Source: an uncultured virus (IMG/VR IMGVR_UViG_3300033388_001820) (lineage: Duplodnaviria > Heunggongvirae > Uroviricota > Caudoviricetes). Taken from it: a stretch of DNA of 64,000 bases. The stretch is taken from IMG/VR virus record IMGVR_UViG_3300033388_001820. One strand, given 5' to 3'. The notes under the pieces were generated by a model. The model saw only the letters and a list, made by a program, of their open reading frames with translations, searched no databases and was not told the origin of the DNA. Both the position numbers and the translations under genes were made by a program. Of this stretch, positions 42,596 to 52,928 are shown in pieces (the stretch's first letter is position 1; every line of letters starts with the position of its first letter).

Positions 42596-42625
42596 TTGAC
42601 AAGCGGCGATGATCTATGCTAGAGT
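42596..42625 (+). promoter_or_regulatory. SigA-type promoter for the ncRNA/tRNA block
   Basis: TTGACA-N18-TAGAGT with extended TG. Confidence 0.6.
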
Positions 42626-42881
42626 GACATCGCTGCCTCAAACGAGGTAGTCTCTTCACAAAGGTGATAGACGTGACTGCTTACACATATTCAAAACTGA
42701 ATCATGTGACATCCCTCCAAGGGATTAGCCAGTCGCGCCCGGCCACCTTGGGCTTTGATACGAAGCCCGAATGCTGGCGCTGACAGAGTACCTTCACGTA
42801 ATTCAAGTCCTTTAGGGGCAGTGTAGGGAAAATCAGCGAGGCACCATCAGGTGTCTTTCTTCCTATGCCAGTTTCAAACGA

Positions 42882-42954
42882 GGGGATGTAGCTCAGTGGC
42901 AAGAGCAGCGGCTTCCAAACCCGCCGGTCGTAGGTTCGAGTCCTACCGTCCTCG
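42882..42954 (+). tRNA. tRNA-Trp(CCA)
   Basis: Cloverleaf, loop TTCCAAA. Confidence 0.88.
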
Positions 42955-43091
42955 CAATAGATGGTCACTCTTCGATGAGTGTTGACACCCGGTCTAGCCG
43001 TGGGTGATGGGCGCAGCCTCTATGCGCCAAACAAATGAGGCCAAGATCCCCAGAGACAAGGGGATGCGGGGGGGAGAAATCCCCTCTACCT

Positions 43092-43165
43092 CGGAATGTG
43101 GCGCAGCTTGGTAGCGCACCTGCTTTGGGAGCAGGGGGTCGTGAGTTCAAATCTCACCATTCCGA
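43092..43165 (+). tRNA. tRNA-Pro(TGG)
   Basis: Cloverleaf, loop TTTGGGA. Confidence 0.92.
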
Positions 43166-43232
43166 CAATTTGGTATGAGTATACAACTTAACCCATAGCT
43201 GCAAGGCTATGCTCTGCTTGTACCGATGTCTT

Positions 43233-43311
43233 CAGAGTGAGGACGATACCGGTACGTCACCCGCCCTGGAAGCGGGAAAACTTGAGGGTTCGAACCCCTC
43301 CACTCTGACCA
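43233..43311 (+). tRNA. Atypical tRNA-Pro(TGG) with C33
   Basis: Cloverleaf, loop CCTGGAA, C1-G72, ACCA. Confidence 0.7.
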
Positions 43312-43543
43312 ATAAGGTACACTACAGTCCATGCATATTAACGTCTCTGACTTGATGGGTCTACCCGTTGTACACACCAGACTATTCGTGGACAACCAAA
43401 AGAATTTGATCATGTTCGAAACGATCGACAAAGACAACCAAGGAGACACGGCGCGTTGGCGGCTGATCTTTACCTGCGACACCGGAAAGGTGATCAGTGA
43501 CGACAGCAGCACACAACAAGCGTTCTCTAACTGGACTATATAA

Positions 43544-43617
43544 GCGTCTCTAGCTCAACTGGCCAGAGCAAGGGGCTTTTAACCCCGAGGTTTTGGGTTC
43601 GAATCCCAAGGGACGCA
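43544..43617 (+). tRNA. tRNA-Lys(TTT)
   Basis: Loop CTTTTAA. Confidence 0.9.
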
Positions 43618-43703
43618 CGATTTTGATTAGACTAGACCAAGGACACAGGGCATAGATGCATCAATGTATCTCAAATGTGGCACCGGCTAAGTCTGAGGCT
43701 AGA

Positions 43704-43776
43704 TCCATCGAGTGCTGACAGGTTCAGCGCCCGCCCTGAAAGCGGGAGTCGCGGTTCGATTCCGTCCCTGATGGAC
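43704..43776 (+). tRNA. Atypical/degenerate tRNA (loop CCTGAAA, nominal TGA, short variable arm)
   Basis: TCCATCG/TGATGGA acceptor, CCCGC/GCGGG anticodon stem, GG-TTCGATT-CC. Confidence 0.5.
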
Positions 43777-43801
43777 ACCTTTCGAGCAAGACAGGAAACG
43801 T

Positions 43802-43960
43802 ATGTTATTAACAAGAACACCTTACTACCATCAATGGTACGAAGGACTGCAATCAATCTATGGGCTGCGAGTGTATTCCTATCGACCAGCAGAAATATAC
43901 AGTCGAAATTGGGAAGACTATGACCCATTCATACTCCCATCGAATTGGGAACCGATCTGA
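43802..43960 (+). CDS. 52-aa NWE-motif mini-protein (not in ORF track)
   Basis: MLLTRTPYY...SRNWEDYDPFILPSNWEPI*. Confidence 0.65.
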   Translation: MLLTRTPYYHQWYEGLQSIYGLRVYSYRPAEIYSRNWEDYDPFILPSNWEPI

Positions 43961-43975
43961 CCAAGGAGGTCCAAC

Positions 43976-45142
43976 ATGCAGTACATCAACGACAAGCTCA
44001 TCAATTGGGCAACCATCATCGACCCGAACGCAATCGTGCAGGCTGAGAAGTCCGCTCGGCTACCGATCGTAGACCGAGTAGCGCTCATGCCAGACGCACA
44101 CGTCGGCATGGGAGCCACAGTAGGCTCAGTCATCGGTACCAAGGGTGCCATCATCCCGGCAGCAGTCGGAGTTGACATTGGCTGCGGCATGATCGCCCAC
44201 CAGTTGGACATGACACAGGAAGACCTACCAGTCAACCTTGACGCGTTCATGCCTGACGTGGAACGTGTCATCCCGGCAGGCGTAGGCAAGGGAAACGACG
44301 GACGCTGGTCCAACGCTGCTGAGAAGTGGCTGACCGACTGGACTCCACGGTTCTCAACAAAACTTGACGCCAAGCTCAACATCAAGATTTTGGATCAGTA
44401 CGGTAGCCTCGGCTCCGGTAATCACTTCTTTGAAATCTGCGTGGACGAGACAGGTGGCGTCTGGTTCGTGATCCACTCCGGGTCGCGAGGTATCGGCAAC
44501 ATGCTGGCGCAACGACACATCAAGGCAGCCAAGGCGCTGTGTGCATCGAAGGGCATCAAGCTTGAGGACAAGGACCTAGCATACCTGTCCGAAGGTGAAG
44601 ATGAGTTCTATTTGTACATGGATGACCTCGCTGCATGTCAGGACTACGCACGGGCAAACCGTGAGCAGATGATGCATCGTGTAGTTCTTGCTTTCCGTGC
44701 CTTCATCGGTCGGAAGGTTGGAATCAGTACGACAATCAACTGTCATCACAACTACACTGAGCGTGAAGTTCACGACGGCGAAGAGCTATGGGTCACCCGC
44801 AAGGGAGCGATCCGTGCAGGCGTCGGAGACTTGGGTGTCATCCCTGGTTCGATGGGGACTCGTTCCTACATCGTGAAGGGGCTAGGCAACGCCGAGTCGT
44901 ATTGCTCTTGCAGTCACGGCGCAGGTCGTGTACACTCAAGGTCAGCAGCTAAGCGTATCTACACTGTAGATGATCTAGCTTTGGCTATGGAAGGCAAGGT
45001 GTGGAACTCTAACAAGGCACAGTCTTTGGTTGACGAGATCCCACAAGCATACAAGTCGATCGATCAGGTGATGGAAGACCAGAAGGATCTCGTTGAGGCA
45101 ACTCATACGCTTTCCCAGGTGTTCAATTTCAAGGGGGCGTGA
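43976..45142 (+). CDS. rtcB: RtcB RNA ligase
   Basis: MPDAHVG.GATVG, VGVDIGCGM, GSLGSGNHFFE, HSGSRG, HHNY, RKGA, IPGSMG, SHGAGR, DEIPQAYK. Confidence 0.97.
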   Translation: MQYINDKLINWATIIDPNAIVQAEKSARLPIVDRVALMPDAHVGMGATVGSVIGTKGAIIPAAVGVDIGCGMIAHQLDMTQEDLPVNLDAFMPDVERVIPAGVGKGNDGRWSNAAEKWLTDWTPRFSTKLDAKLNIKILDQYGSLGSGNHFFEICVDETGGVWFVIHSGSRGIGNMLAQRHIKAAKALCASKGIKLEDKDLAYLSEGEDEFYLYMDDLAACQDYARANREQMMHRVVLAFRAFIGRKVGISTTINCHHNYTEREVHDGEELWVTRKGAIRAGVGDLGVIPGSMGTRSYIVKGLGNAESYCSCSHGAGRVHSRSAAKRIYTVDDLALAMEGKVWNSNKAQSLVDEIPQAYKSIDQVMEDQKDLVEATHTLSQVFNFKGA

Positions 45143-45294
45143 TGTTCACCAGAACCGACCGTGGAGCAGGCACAGAATTTCGTGAAAACGATTACGTTCT
45201 GATGGTCTACTTTTGGCGGTCGGATCTGGTGATCATTTCCCTTGACCAACCTCACTTGCAAGACAAACTCCCATTGAACTGGGAGAGCATCTGA
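45142..45294 (+). CDS. 50-aa NWE-motif mini-protein (not in ORF track)
   Basis: MFTRTDRG...DKLPLNWESI*, coupled to the rtcB stop. Confidence 0.65.
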   Translation: MFTRTDRGAGTEFRENDYVLMVYFWRSDLVIISLDQPHLQDKLPLNWESI

Positions 45295-45295
45295 C

Positions 45296-45341
45296 CCGAA
45301 CACTTGTTCGGTTTGCACAACGAACACTCATTCATTAGGTT
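45296..45341 (+). promoter_or_regulatory. SOS box adjacent to a putative promoter
   Basis: CCGAACACTTGTTCGG (45296-45311); TTGCAC-N17-TAGGTT (45313-45341) with degenerate box CGAACACTCATTC in the spacer. Confidence 0.6.
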
Positions 45342-45513
45342 CCCCTATAGGGAAGGAGTCACGATTTCAAGTGACTCACGGAGGCAACAGCGAAAAAGGG
45401 ATTAGAGTAGCTAGGGTGACAAACCAGTATCCTTGATGCCGGGGAGTTCCGGCTAGACACAGCAGCCATCTGCGGGTGGTAGGCATCTGTTAGGTCACCC
45501 CCTCCACTCCAAC

Positions 45514-45542
45514 TTGACACAGCTACACCGGCGTGTTATGCT
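45514..45542 (+). promoter_or_regulatory. SigA-type promoter
   Basis: TTGACA-N17-TATGCT. Confidence 0.72.
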
Positions 45543-45559
45543 GTATCGTATTCAAACTA

Positions 45560-45636
45560 GGGAATGTAGCTCAGTAGGCCAGAGCGCTCGGCTCTTAACC
45601 GAGATGTCGTGGGTTCGATTCCCACTATTCCCACCA
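45560..45636 (+). tRNA. tRNA-Lys(CTT)
   Basis: Loop CTCTTAA, ACCA. Confidence 0.92.
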
Positions 45637-46028
45637 TGAGTCGCACAATGGTTCTCGCAGGAGCACCAGACCAGATGATCCAAACCGAGTACAAGCATCC
45701 AAACAGTTATGGTTTGCGATGCGACAGGGACGGACGTGTGGTAGTGTACATTACCGTAAAGCATCAGACTTCAAGTCAGAAGCTTTGGGGTTACAGCTCT
45801 GTGAAAAATCATTCAGAGATGCTGCCAGGACACTGGATTAGCTGAGGGAGCAAGACATGATTGTACATCTCAAGACACCATTCGAATACGACGGAAACGG
45901 GGACGGTGTGATTCAGTATGAAGGAGAATTAGTTCCTGCGGGACTGAACATTATAGGCCGCGACGGCAAGACATACATTCTGCCGTTTGAGAACGTGCTC
46001 GTGATGGAGAACCCTGATTCGTCTGATC

Positions 46029-46679
46029 ATGACGAAAGTTGAGGTTGATGTTGATATTGATCTGACGAAGGATGAGGTTGATGAGGTTGAGGTTGACATT
46101 GATCTAACGAAACTTGATGTTGATGTTGATCTGTTCGCCTTGTCGAACCAACTTGTTAGATATGGTGGCATAGTTCCTCCATACCTTGCGGATGAGGCGA
46201 TGGGAGCAGCGTTGGAAGCAGCTTGGCTAGCTGAACAACAATATGATGATTCGAAACACAATGACCCCGAGTCATACATACGATACATCGTCAAGCTGCG
46301 ACTCATCGACTTTATACGTGGATGGACAAAGGATCGCCCGCCGTCCCAACATGATCCTGCTCGTGAGACGTTTCAGTATCGACAGATGAAGACACTGACC
46401 ACATCCTATCAAGGATCAGAAGAGCTAGAGCGCAAAGGCGTGCCTTATGTTGAAGATCATGCTGACGATCTGATTGAACGGGAAGGAGTCCTGCAATTAT
46501 TCGAAGACACGCCATTGTCTGACGTCCAACGTTTGACAATGAACGAGTCGATTTTTGAAGGACTTCCGTTGAAGGAGATTGGTGCTCGTAGAGGCGTGAC
46601 GGAAAGTCGAACGAGTCAAATTCGTACTGAGTCCGTTAAAATCTTGCGAAGGTTTGCTGCTCGAAAAGGGTTTATGTGA
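46029..46679 (+). CDS. Sigma-70 family sigma factor (FliA/WhiG-like region 4)
   Basis: YIVKLRLIDFIR (region 2), LKEIGARRGVTESRTSQIR (region 4.2); acidic VDIDLTK repeat at N-terminus. Confidence 0.8.
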   Translation: MTKVEVDVDIDLTKDEVDEVEVDIDLTKLDVDVDLFALSNQLVRYGGIVPPYLADEAMGAALEAAWLAEQQYDDSKHNDPESYIRYIVKLRLIDFIRGWTKDRPPSQHDPARETFQYRQMKTLTTSYQGSEELERKGVPYVEDHADDLIEREGVLQLFEDTPLSDVQRLTMNESIFEGLPLKEIGARRGVTESRTSQIRTESVKILRRFAARKGFM

Positions 46680-46896
46680 TGGAGCCTGACGGCCACTTCG
46701 ATAACCAAGAAGAAGGATACACTGTCGCCTGGAAACGTGGCTACGATCATGAACGACGCGGAGAGTGGGATGTTTATGTTCTGCTCTCCGCATGGGAAGA
46801 CGAGCTAGGCTTTTGGACTAGGCAATGGTCGATGATGTCACGCAACGCACAGGTGGGGCTGCCTAACTACAAGAACTGGGAACACGCCTAACATGA

Positions 46897-46970
46897 GGAC
46901 ACGTAGCTCAGATGGCAAGAGCACCTGCTTGACATGCAGGAGGTCAGGGGTTCGAATCCCTTCGTGTCTA
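46897..46970 (+). tRNA. tRNA-Val(GAC)
   Basis: Loop TTGACAT. Confidence 0.9.
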
Positions 46971-47177
46971 CAAAGTGCCTAAACGTTGGTACGAGACAGA
47001 CGCTAACGGTCGTTGCGTTTGGAACGAGGCAGACCCTCAAGTGATGGGGAACAAATGGACCATCGAATGGGTTGATCTGGGTGTCCTCAAAGGCAAAGGT
47101 GTGCTTGCATACCATGATGGTCCGAAAGGATGGAAGAACAGCGGGTTCATGATCAACAATTGGGAACCTGCATACTA

Positions 47178-47263
47178 GGGCGTGCGGCAACGACGGCGAG
47201 TTGCGCTTGGCTGTAAACCAAGTCCTTTCAGGTTAGCAGGTTCGAATCCTGTCACTCCCACCA
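47178..47263 (+). tRNA. tRNA-Tyr(GTA)
   Basis: Loop CTGTAAA, long variable arm, ACCA. Confidence 0.88.
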
Positions 47264-47830
47264 TGATCAATCACAACGGATTCCATGTAGACCTCGGAGG
47301 CGAGTTCGTCTGGTATCATCAAGACGGCGTAGATGTGGTCATCCGTACACCGTTCAACGATGAAACCCGTTGGTGGGTTGATGATCCCGAAACGATTGGC
47401 GACGCTTGTGATGGTCCAGCAAATTGGGAGTGGGCATGGCGCTCAATGACATAAGCCACACCGAATACATAAACGGCGTGCAGATATGGTCAAGTGACAA
47501 CGACCACTGTATCTACTTCTCCCGTGAAAAGTCACCGATCTACGACGGACCAATCAACACCACCGTACTCTTTGGGAAAGGAGCAACGCAAGTCGACGGC
47601 CCTAAGAACTGGGAGCCAGCATGATCTTTCAGATCGTTGACCAATATTCTAATCTCTCTGACAGTACCAAGATCGTTGTTGGATGGGTTGAAACAGACGA
47701 AGAAGGCAAGATTGATTTTGGATTGATGTTCTACATCGGAACCAACCTCATCAGAGGGGTGACTAAGAATTACAACCTCGGAGGTGCTGGCGAACACGTC
47801 CTAGGCAATTGGGAACCCACATGACAACAA

Positions 47831-47904
47831 GCCGCATTAGCTCAAGTTGGAAGAGCACTCGCTTGTCACGCGAGAGGTCGCCGGTTCGAACCCGGTATGT
47901 GGCG
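47831..47904 (+). tRNA. tRNA-Asp(GTC)
   Basis: Loop TTGTCAC. Confidence 0.9.
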
Positions 47905-47917
47905 CTAAGAAAGACAG

Positions 47918-47991
47918 CCGCCTGTAGCTCAGCGGATAAGAGCATCTGGCTACGAACCAGAAGGTCGGGGGTTCAAATCCCTCCAGGCGGG
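47918..47991 (+). tRNA. tRNA-Arg(ACG)
   Basis: Loop CTACGAA. Confidence 0.92.
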
Positions 47992-48007
47992 CAAAGAAAG
48001 GAGACAC

Positions 48008-48706
48008 ATGCATACCAAACCATGCACGATATGCGAGGCAGAATACCCTGTCAACGGAGACTACTTCTACAGAAATGCCAGAACATCCGATGGGTTCAGG
48101 AGCCGTTGCAAGAACTGTGAACGGCCCGATATTGGCAAGAAGTTAGAGTACGACCCTGAATGGCGAAGCCGGAAACGAGAATACGAACGAGTCTACATTG
48201 AACGCAAGCTGAAAAGCTGGGTAGAAACCAATGGCCCTCTACCTACTTGCGAATGTGGCTGCGGAACTGTTGTTGGGTGGGCACGCAAAACTGGAAGCCC
48301 TGCAAGGTTCGTAAAGAACCACTATTACCACACCGCAGAGTGTGCAGAGACATCAGCCAAAACTCTACGTGAATATCATCTCCACAAGTTTGAAGATGGA
48401 GACTTCATCGAGATCAAAAAGCTTCGCAAAGCAATACGTCAAATCAAAGCAAACAAAGGATGGACCTGGAAAGAACTAGCCGACCACGGTGGCCTGTCTT
48501 TCGGGCACCTAAGAAGTATGATGTCGGATAAGAGAGTGGTCTCCGTGCGTCATGACCTTGCTTGGGGTTTCTTTCGGAGGATCGCTGAGCTACCCGCTCC
48601 GGCTTCAACTTTTCAGAAGCGTGAACTTGCTAAGGATTCAATGGCGGACGCTGGCATGGACCGTGACGTCTATACCGGACCAATTCCAGTGAACACGCAC
48701 GAGTAG
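48008..48706 (+). CDS. Putative Zn-finger plus HTH DNA-binding protein
   Basis: CTIC..F....DG....CKNC, CECGCG..RFVKNH, GWTWKELA..GLS HTH-like segment. Confidence 0.6.
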   Translation: MHTKPCTICEAEYPVNGDYFYRNARTSDGFRSRCKNCERPDIGKKLEYDPEWRSRKREYERVYIERKLKSWVETNGPLPTCECGCGTVVGWARKTGSPARFVKNHYYHTAECAETSAKTLREYHLHKFEDGDFIEIKKLRKAIRQIKANKGWTWKELADHGGLSFGHLRSMMSDKRVVSVRHDLAWGFFRRIAELPAPASTFQKRELAKDSMADAGMDRDVYTGPIPVNTHE

Positions 48707-48772
48707 CTCAGTAGGAAGAGCATCTGTATGGTACACAGAAGGCCGGGAGTTCGAATCTCCCCTTGTGCTCCA
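48697..48772 (+). tRNA. tRNA-Thr(GGT)
   Basis: Loop ATGGTAC, TCCA. Confidence 0.88.
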
Positions 48773-48786
48773 AGTATGCTACACTT

Positions 48787-48863
48787 ACCCTCGTAGCTCA
48801 GCGGATTAGAGCAGCAGGCTTCGACCCTGCGTGTCGGCGGTTCGAATCCGTCCGAGGGTGCCA
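48787..48863 (+). tRNA. tRNA-Arg(TCG)
   Basis: Loop CTTCGAC, GCCA. Confidence 0.88.
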
Positions 48864-49553
48864 AGGAGAAAAACACATGGCTAAAGAAGCAATGACTAGA
48901 GAAGAATACATGCGTGAGATTTACAACCAAGAAGGTGGCGACAAGAAGGTGCGTCATCGGGTAGCGACGTGGGCTAACGCTAACACGTCCACGAAACGGG
49001 GGTCCTGACGTTGTGCAATGGGAAGTAACGCCGATCTATTCGTTGGGTAACACAACAGCTACTCATCACATTCGGCAGCCGATACATGATCAACCAGAAC
49101 CGGACAGCAGCATGACTTTTCAAAGATGGGGTTCACGTCCCCGACGTAATGATGACCCTGACGATAGCTTCGTTGTAGTAGCCTTGGAAGAGTACGAAGA
49201 CTTTGCCTCTGCTTCACCGCGTGATGCTCTCGATCTACTTCAAGAAATGAGCGTCAATTCGTTTGCTCTGCCTAAGTCATGGGAAACGATTTCGGTATGA
49301 CCACATTTGAAGTTCACTCGCGATACGATGACGGATGGACGCTACGGTGGTCCGAGAATCTAGACAAACCAACACGCAGCGAGTGGACGTATGTCACCAA
49401 CGTGCCTAACGACCCTGGACCTCCCGACAAAGATCCCGTTGCTCATCTTGATGAACACAATGGAGAGTGGGAGATTTGGGTAAAAGAAAACGACATGGCG
49501 GGTAGACAAACGACAGAACCAATTGGCCTCGCGAATTGGGAGCCAGCGTACAC

Positions 49554-49626
49554 GTCCTTGTAGCTCAATGGACAGGGCAGTGGGTTCCTAACCCAAAGAT
49601 TGCAGGTTCGACTCCTGTCAAGGACA
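49554..49626 (+). tRNA. tRNA-Arg(CCT)
   Basis: Loop TTCCTAA. Confidence 0.88.
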
Positions 49627-49853
49627 CTATGAAAGATCACCAAGTCACTGGTAAGTGGGAAACCATCGGTGACATTAGACATGACGGCTGGTACTTTCAA
49701 TTCAAAGAACCATCCGGCAACTTGTATGGCCCGGAGTATGCACGGTACACTGAACTAATCGTGTTCTTCGGGTCGCCGTACCGGTGGCAGATCATAGATC
49801 AAGGAGCTATCTGTTTTGACGGTAGTGATGTCAAAAATTGGGAGTTCGTATAG

Positions 49854-49936
49854 GGAAGGTCCGGCATTGGTGAGCCAAGCTGTTTCGAAAACAGTGGGGT
49901 CGAAAGGCTCGGTAGGTTCAAATCCTATACCTTCCG
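49854..49936 (+). tRNA. tRNA-Ser(CGA)
   Basis: Loop TTCGAAA, long variable arm. Confidence 0.85.
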
Positions 49937-50099
49937 CAAACAAGGAGGAATACGATGAGTGGTTGTAGTTGTTGTGGAGTTCAAGCAGGGTCTTGTTTCT
50001 GTGGGGTTAACAGACTGGAACCTTTGGAAAAAAGAGTCAAACACTTAGAAGATAGAGAACGAGGTTTGCTCGGACTCATAAAACGCCTCAAAGATTCTC

Positions 50100-50184
50100 G
50101 GAAGGACTGACATTGGGGAGTCAAGCGTCTTGGAAAGGCGTCGGAGTTTCAAAGCTTCTGCGGGTTCGATTCCCGTTCCTTCCT
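50100..50184 (+). tRNA. tRNA-Ser(GGA)
   Basis: Loop TTGGAAA, long variable arm. Confidence 0.82.
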
Positions 50185-50193
50185 CGCAAGTCT

Positions 50194-50277
50194 GGAATCA
50201 TGACCAGCAGTATGGGCTGGCCCTGTTTTGAACGCAGGTACCTCGCAAGGGGGCGGGTTCGAACCCCGATGTTTCCG
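50194..50277 (+). tRNA. tRNA-Ser(TGA)
   Basis: Loop TTTGAAC, long variable arm. Confidence 0.78.
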
Positions 50278-50488
50278 CTATGAAAACAACAGCTATACTC
50301 CAGTCCCTGTACGAACCTACCAGCTACAGAAAGATCATCGTTCTGTTTGTGGCCTGTCTCACTGCTCTAGTCGTGAGTTTCATTCTGATCATAGGCGGTG
50401 CTAGTTGGGGTCTTCTCATCGGTATGCCTGCTGCTGCGTTTGGTGGTGGCTGGTTTGCCTACATGTACAACTATGAAGTGAAACACTA

Positions 50489-50582
50489 GGAACGGTGGCC
50501 GAGTCTGGTCTATGGCACCACCCTGCTAAGGTGGAGGCCCTCGTAAGGGGGTCCGTGGGTTCAAATCCCACTCGTTCCTCCA
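50489..50582 (+). tRNA. tRNA-Ser(GCT)
   Basis: Loop CTGCTAA, long variable arm, TCCA. Confidence 0.9.
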
Positions 50583-50600
50583 TTCCAATCAAACAGACTT

Positions 50601-50676
50601 GCCCCCATAGTGCAGCGGCCAAGTACGCTACCCTTTCAAGGTAGAAGCACGGGTTCAAATCCCGTTGGGGGTACCA
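50601..50676 (+). tRNA. tRNA-Glu(TTC)
   Basis: Loop CTTTCAA, ACCA. Confidence 0.92.
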
Positions 50677-52590
50677 TCGCATGGGCTACACTGACAAGTG
50701 ATTGATCAAGACATCGGTCGTCGCTGGACAACCTTCTCAGAAGATGCTATCATACTGGCACACCTGTATGACGGCCAAGGCCCACCAGTAACGGTCGTTC
50801 ATCAAGAACTCGATGCCATGTTATGCACGATCGCTCACAATTGGGAGACAACATGAGAGTAGTCATCATGGCTCTGCCAAACGGCAAGGCTCAACCCACT
50901 GACATGCTGGAGACTTTCCGTCTAGCCTTGGATTGCGGCGAAGTTTTCGTTAACGGAGAACACTATTTGATCACCGGACCAGACCGAATGACGAACTATT
51001 CTCTTGATGATCGGTACTTTGATCAGTTACCTTCATGGTGGGAGCCAAGATAATGTACACTACGAGGTTATGCAGGAATTGTGGCAGACAGACGATACGT
51101 ATTTACAGGTCCAAGGACGAGGCGGTACGCTGCTCTGCGTAGTCCAAGAAGATGGTACTGTGAAAGTGTTAGCAACATTTGAGCGCATCGACTCCGACGA
51201 TATTGAAGAAGTGGTAGAGCTGCTACAGTTAGGACTAGAAACTCGTGAAGCCCCTGGTGGCGGACCTCCCGGTGGCGGCGGACCTCCCGGCGGCGGACCT
51301 CCCTGACCTATGAAGACCAACCGTTCAAGGAGAAATCATATGGATAGTGACACCTGGACCAAGAACTGGACCATCGGTCGTGTGCAAATCGGATACCGAA
51401 TTATGAGACACAACTACCCACAAGGAGATCATCGACTCGTGATTCATCCATCTTTCACTGTTGACTACGGACGGCGGAAGCCGATCGTCTCTCGGATGGA
51501 GACAGAAGAATGAGTGATTGCCACGATCCGGTTTGTGAGATTCTGAGTACCCAGTCAGTCAGAGAATTGAAAGCTATGCAGGCCACGATTGATGATCTGT
51601 ACGCTAGAAACGCTGAACTGGAAGAGGACTTTGATGATCTCATGAAGAACGACGAACAAAACGACGCCACAGTCGAACGACTACAAACAGCGCTGGAGAA
51701 GATCGCCAACGGTTGCAAGTCTGACAACGGGTCGGTGAAGATGGGAGCCAAGAAGGCTCGACGTATCGCTGCTGCTGCTCTCGCTGCGGAACGACCGTTC
51801 TTTGGTGGTGGCCTTCTGTTCTCGCAGAAGAAGCAGTCATGACCGATGAAGAACGCGACAAAACACTTCTTCTCATAGGGTTGGTAATGATGGTCAGTGC
51901 AGCTATGGGGGCGTCTGGCGGCTGGCTAGTCGTTGCCCTCATCCCACCAGCAATTCTGTTGATTTCTGCTGTCTTCCGGTTCGCTGACGACGAGTGGGAA
52001 TCATGAACGAGGACGACATGCATTGCCCTCGATGCACCCGACGAGGAAACCGGTGGTACTGCCGGATGTGCAAGGGAACACACAAGATCACGAAACAAAA
52101 GAGTGATTGGCTCTGGGACACAGGAAGAACAATGAGGGGAGGGTGATCATGAGTGACGACGGACATCGCAAAAATTGTTGGTGCGCTCCTAACCGGAAGC
52201 CGTGTGCGTATCACGAAGGGTTCCAAGACGCCCAGGACAAAAACGACGAGCAGCTACGGGCTGCGCTGAAGGTTGTACACAGTCTCACTCGGCCTGGTGT
52301 TGCTGATCGGTTCTTGCGGGATGTAATTGCTGACCTTCACGAGCACACCTGCGTCGTTCTTGAAATCAAACCTTTATCATGACCGACTGGCGATGTAACT
52401 GCGTTCGTCTCCCCGGCGAGCATTATCACCAGCAAGACGCCTACTTGATGGTCGCCGAGATTGAGGTACTACAGGAAGCACTAGCTGAGATCGGTGACTA
52501 TCACGATGACGGTAGTACCAGCTCCATATATACACAGAACCGTGTTGCCGAGGTGCTCGGTGACGACTGGTGGGAAAGCAGGTTCGGCCA

Positions 52591-52824
52591 ATGACCGACA
52601 CGATGATTCACGAAGACACAAAGATCGACACAACAGACGGAGGGCATGACCTGTTCTCCCATTACGTGCTCAAAGCAGAAGCAACACGTGCCGCTGTAAC
52701 AGGCGAGCCGTGCATGGCTCTCTGCGGTAAGATATGGGTGCCTTCACGAAATCCTGACGGGTTGACGGTGTGTCCTGAATGCAAGGACATTTACTCAGAA
52801 ATGAGAGGCAACAAAGGAAAGTGA
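52591..52824 (+). CDS. DUF3039-family protein
   Basis: FSHYV.K....AAVTG.P..ALCGKIWVPSR.P...VCPECKDIY. Confidence 0.85.
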   Translation: MTDTMIHEDTKIDTTDGGHDLFSHYVLKAEATRAAVTGEPCMALCGKIWVPSRNPDGLTVCPECKDIYSEMRGNKGK

Positions 52825-52855
52825 AGTTTGACATTTGTGTCAAACTGTAGTACGA

Positions 52856-52928
52856 TGGGGTGTAGCTCAATTGGAAGAGCACCGGGTTCTGATCCCGTTT
52901 GTTGCAGGTTCGAGTCCTGTCACCCCTG
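52856..52928 (+). tRNA. tRNA-Gln(CTG)
   Basis: Loop TTCTGAT. Confidence 0.88.

Larger units (their letters stand above)
46676..47824 (+). other. Five consecutive NWE-motif mini-ORFs (46676-46891, 46975-47178, 47263-47454, 47436-47624, 47621-47824) interleaved with tRNAs
   Basis: C-termini NWEHA*, NWEPAY*, NWEWAWRSMT*, NWEPA*, NWEPT*. Confidence 0.75.

Noticed and set aside
46860..49853. NWE motif as merely a Shine-Dalgarno (TGGGAG) for the next gene
   Set aside because: Many copies are followed by tRNAs rather than ORFs, about half read TGGGAA, and the upstream Asn/Pro conservation is unexplained. It may still contribute in coupled cases.
51255..51306. GGPP tandem repeat at an ORF end
   Set aside because: Simple coding microsatellite with no further support for a function.
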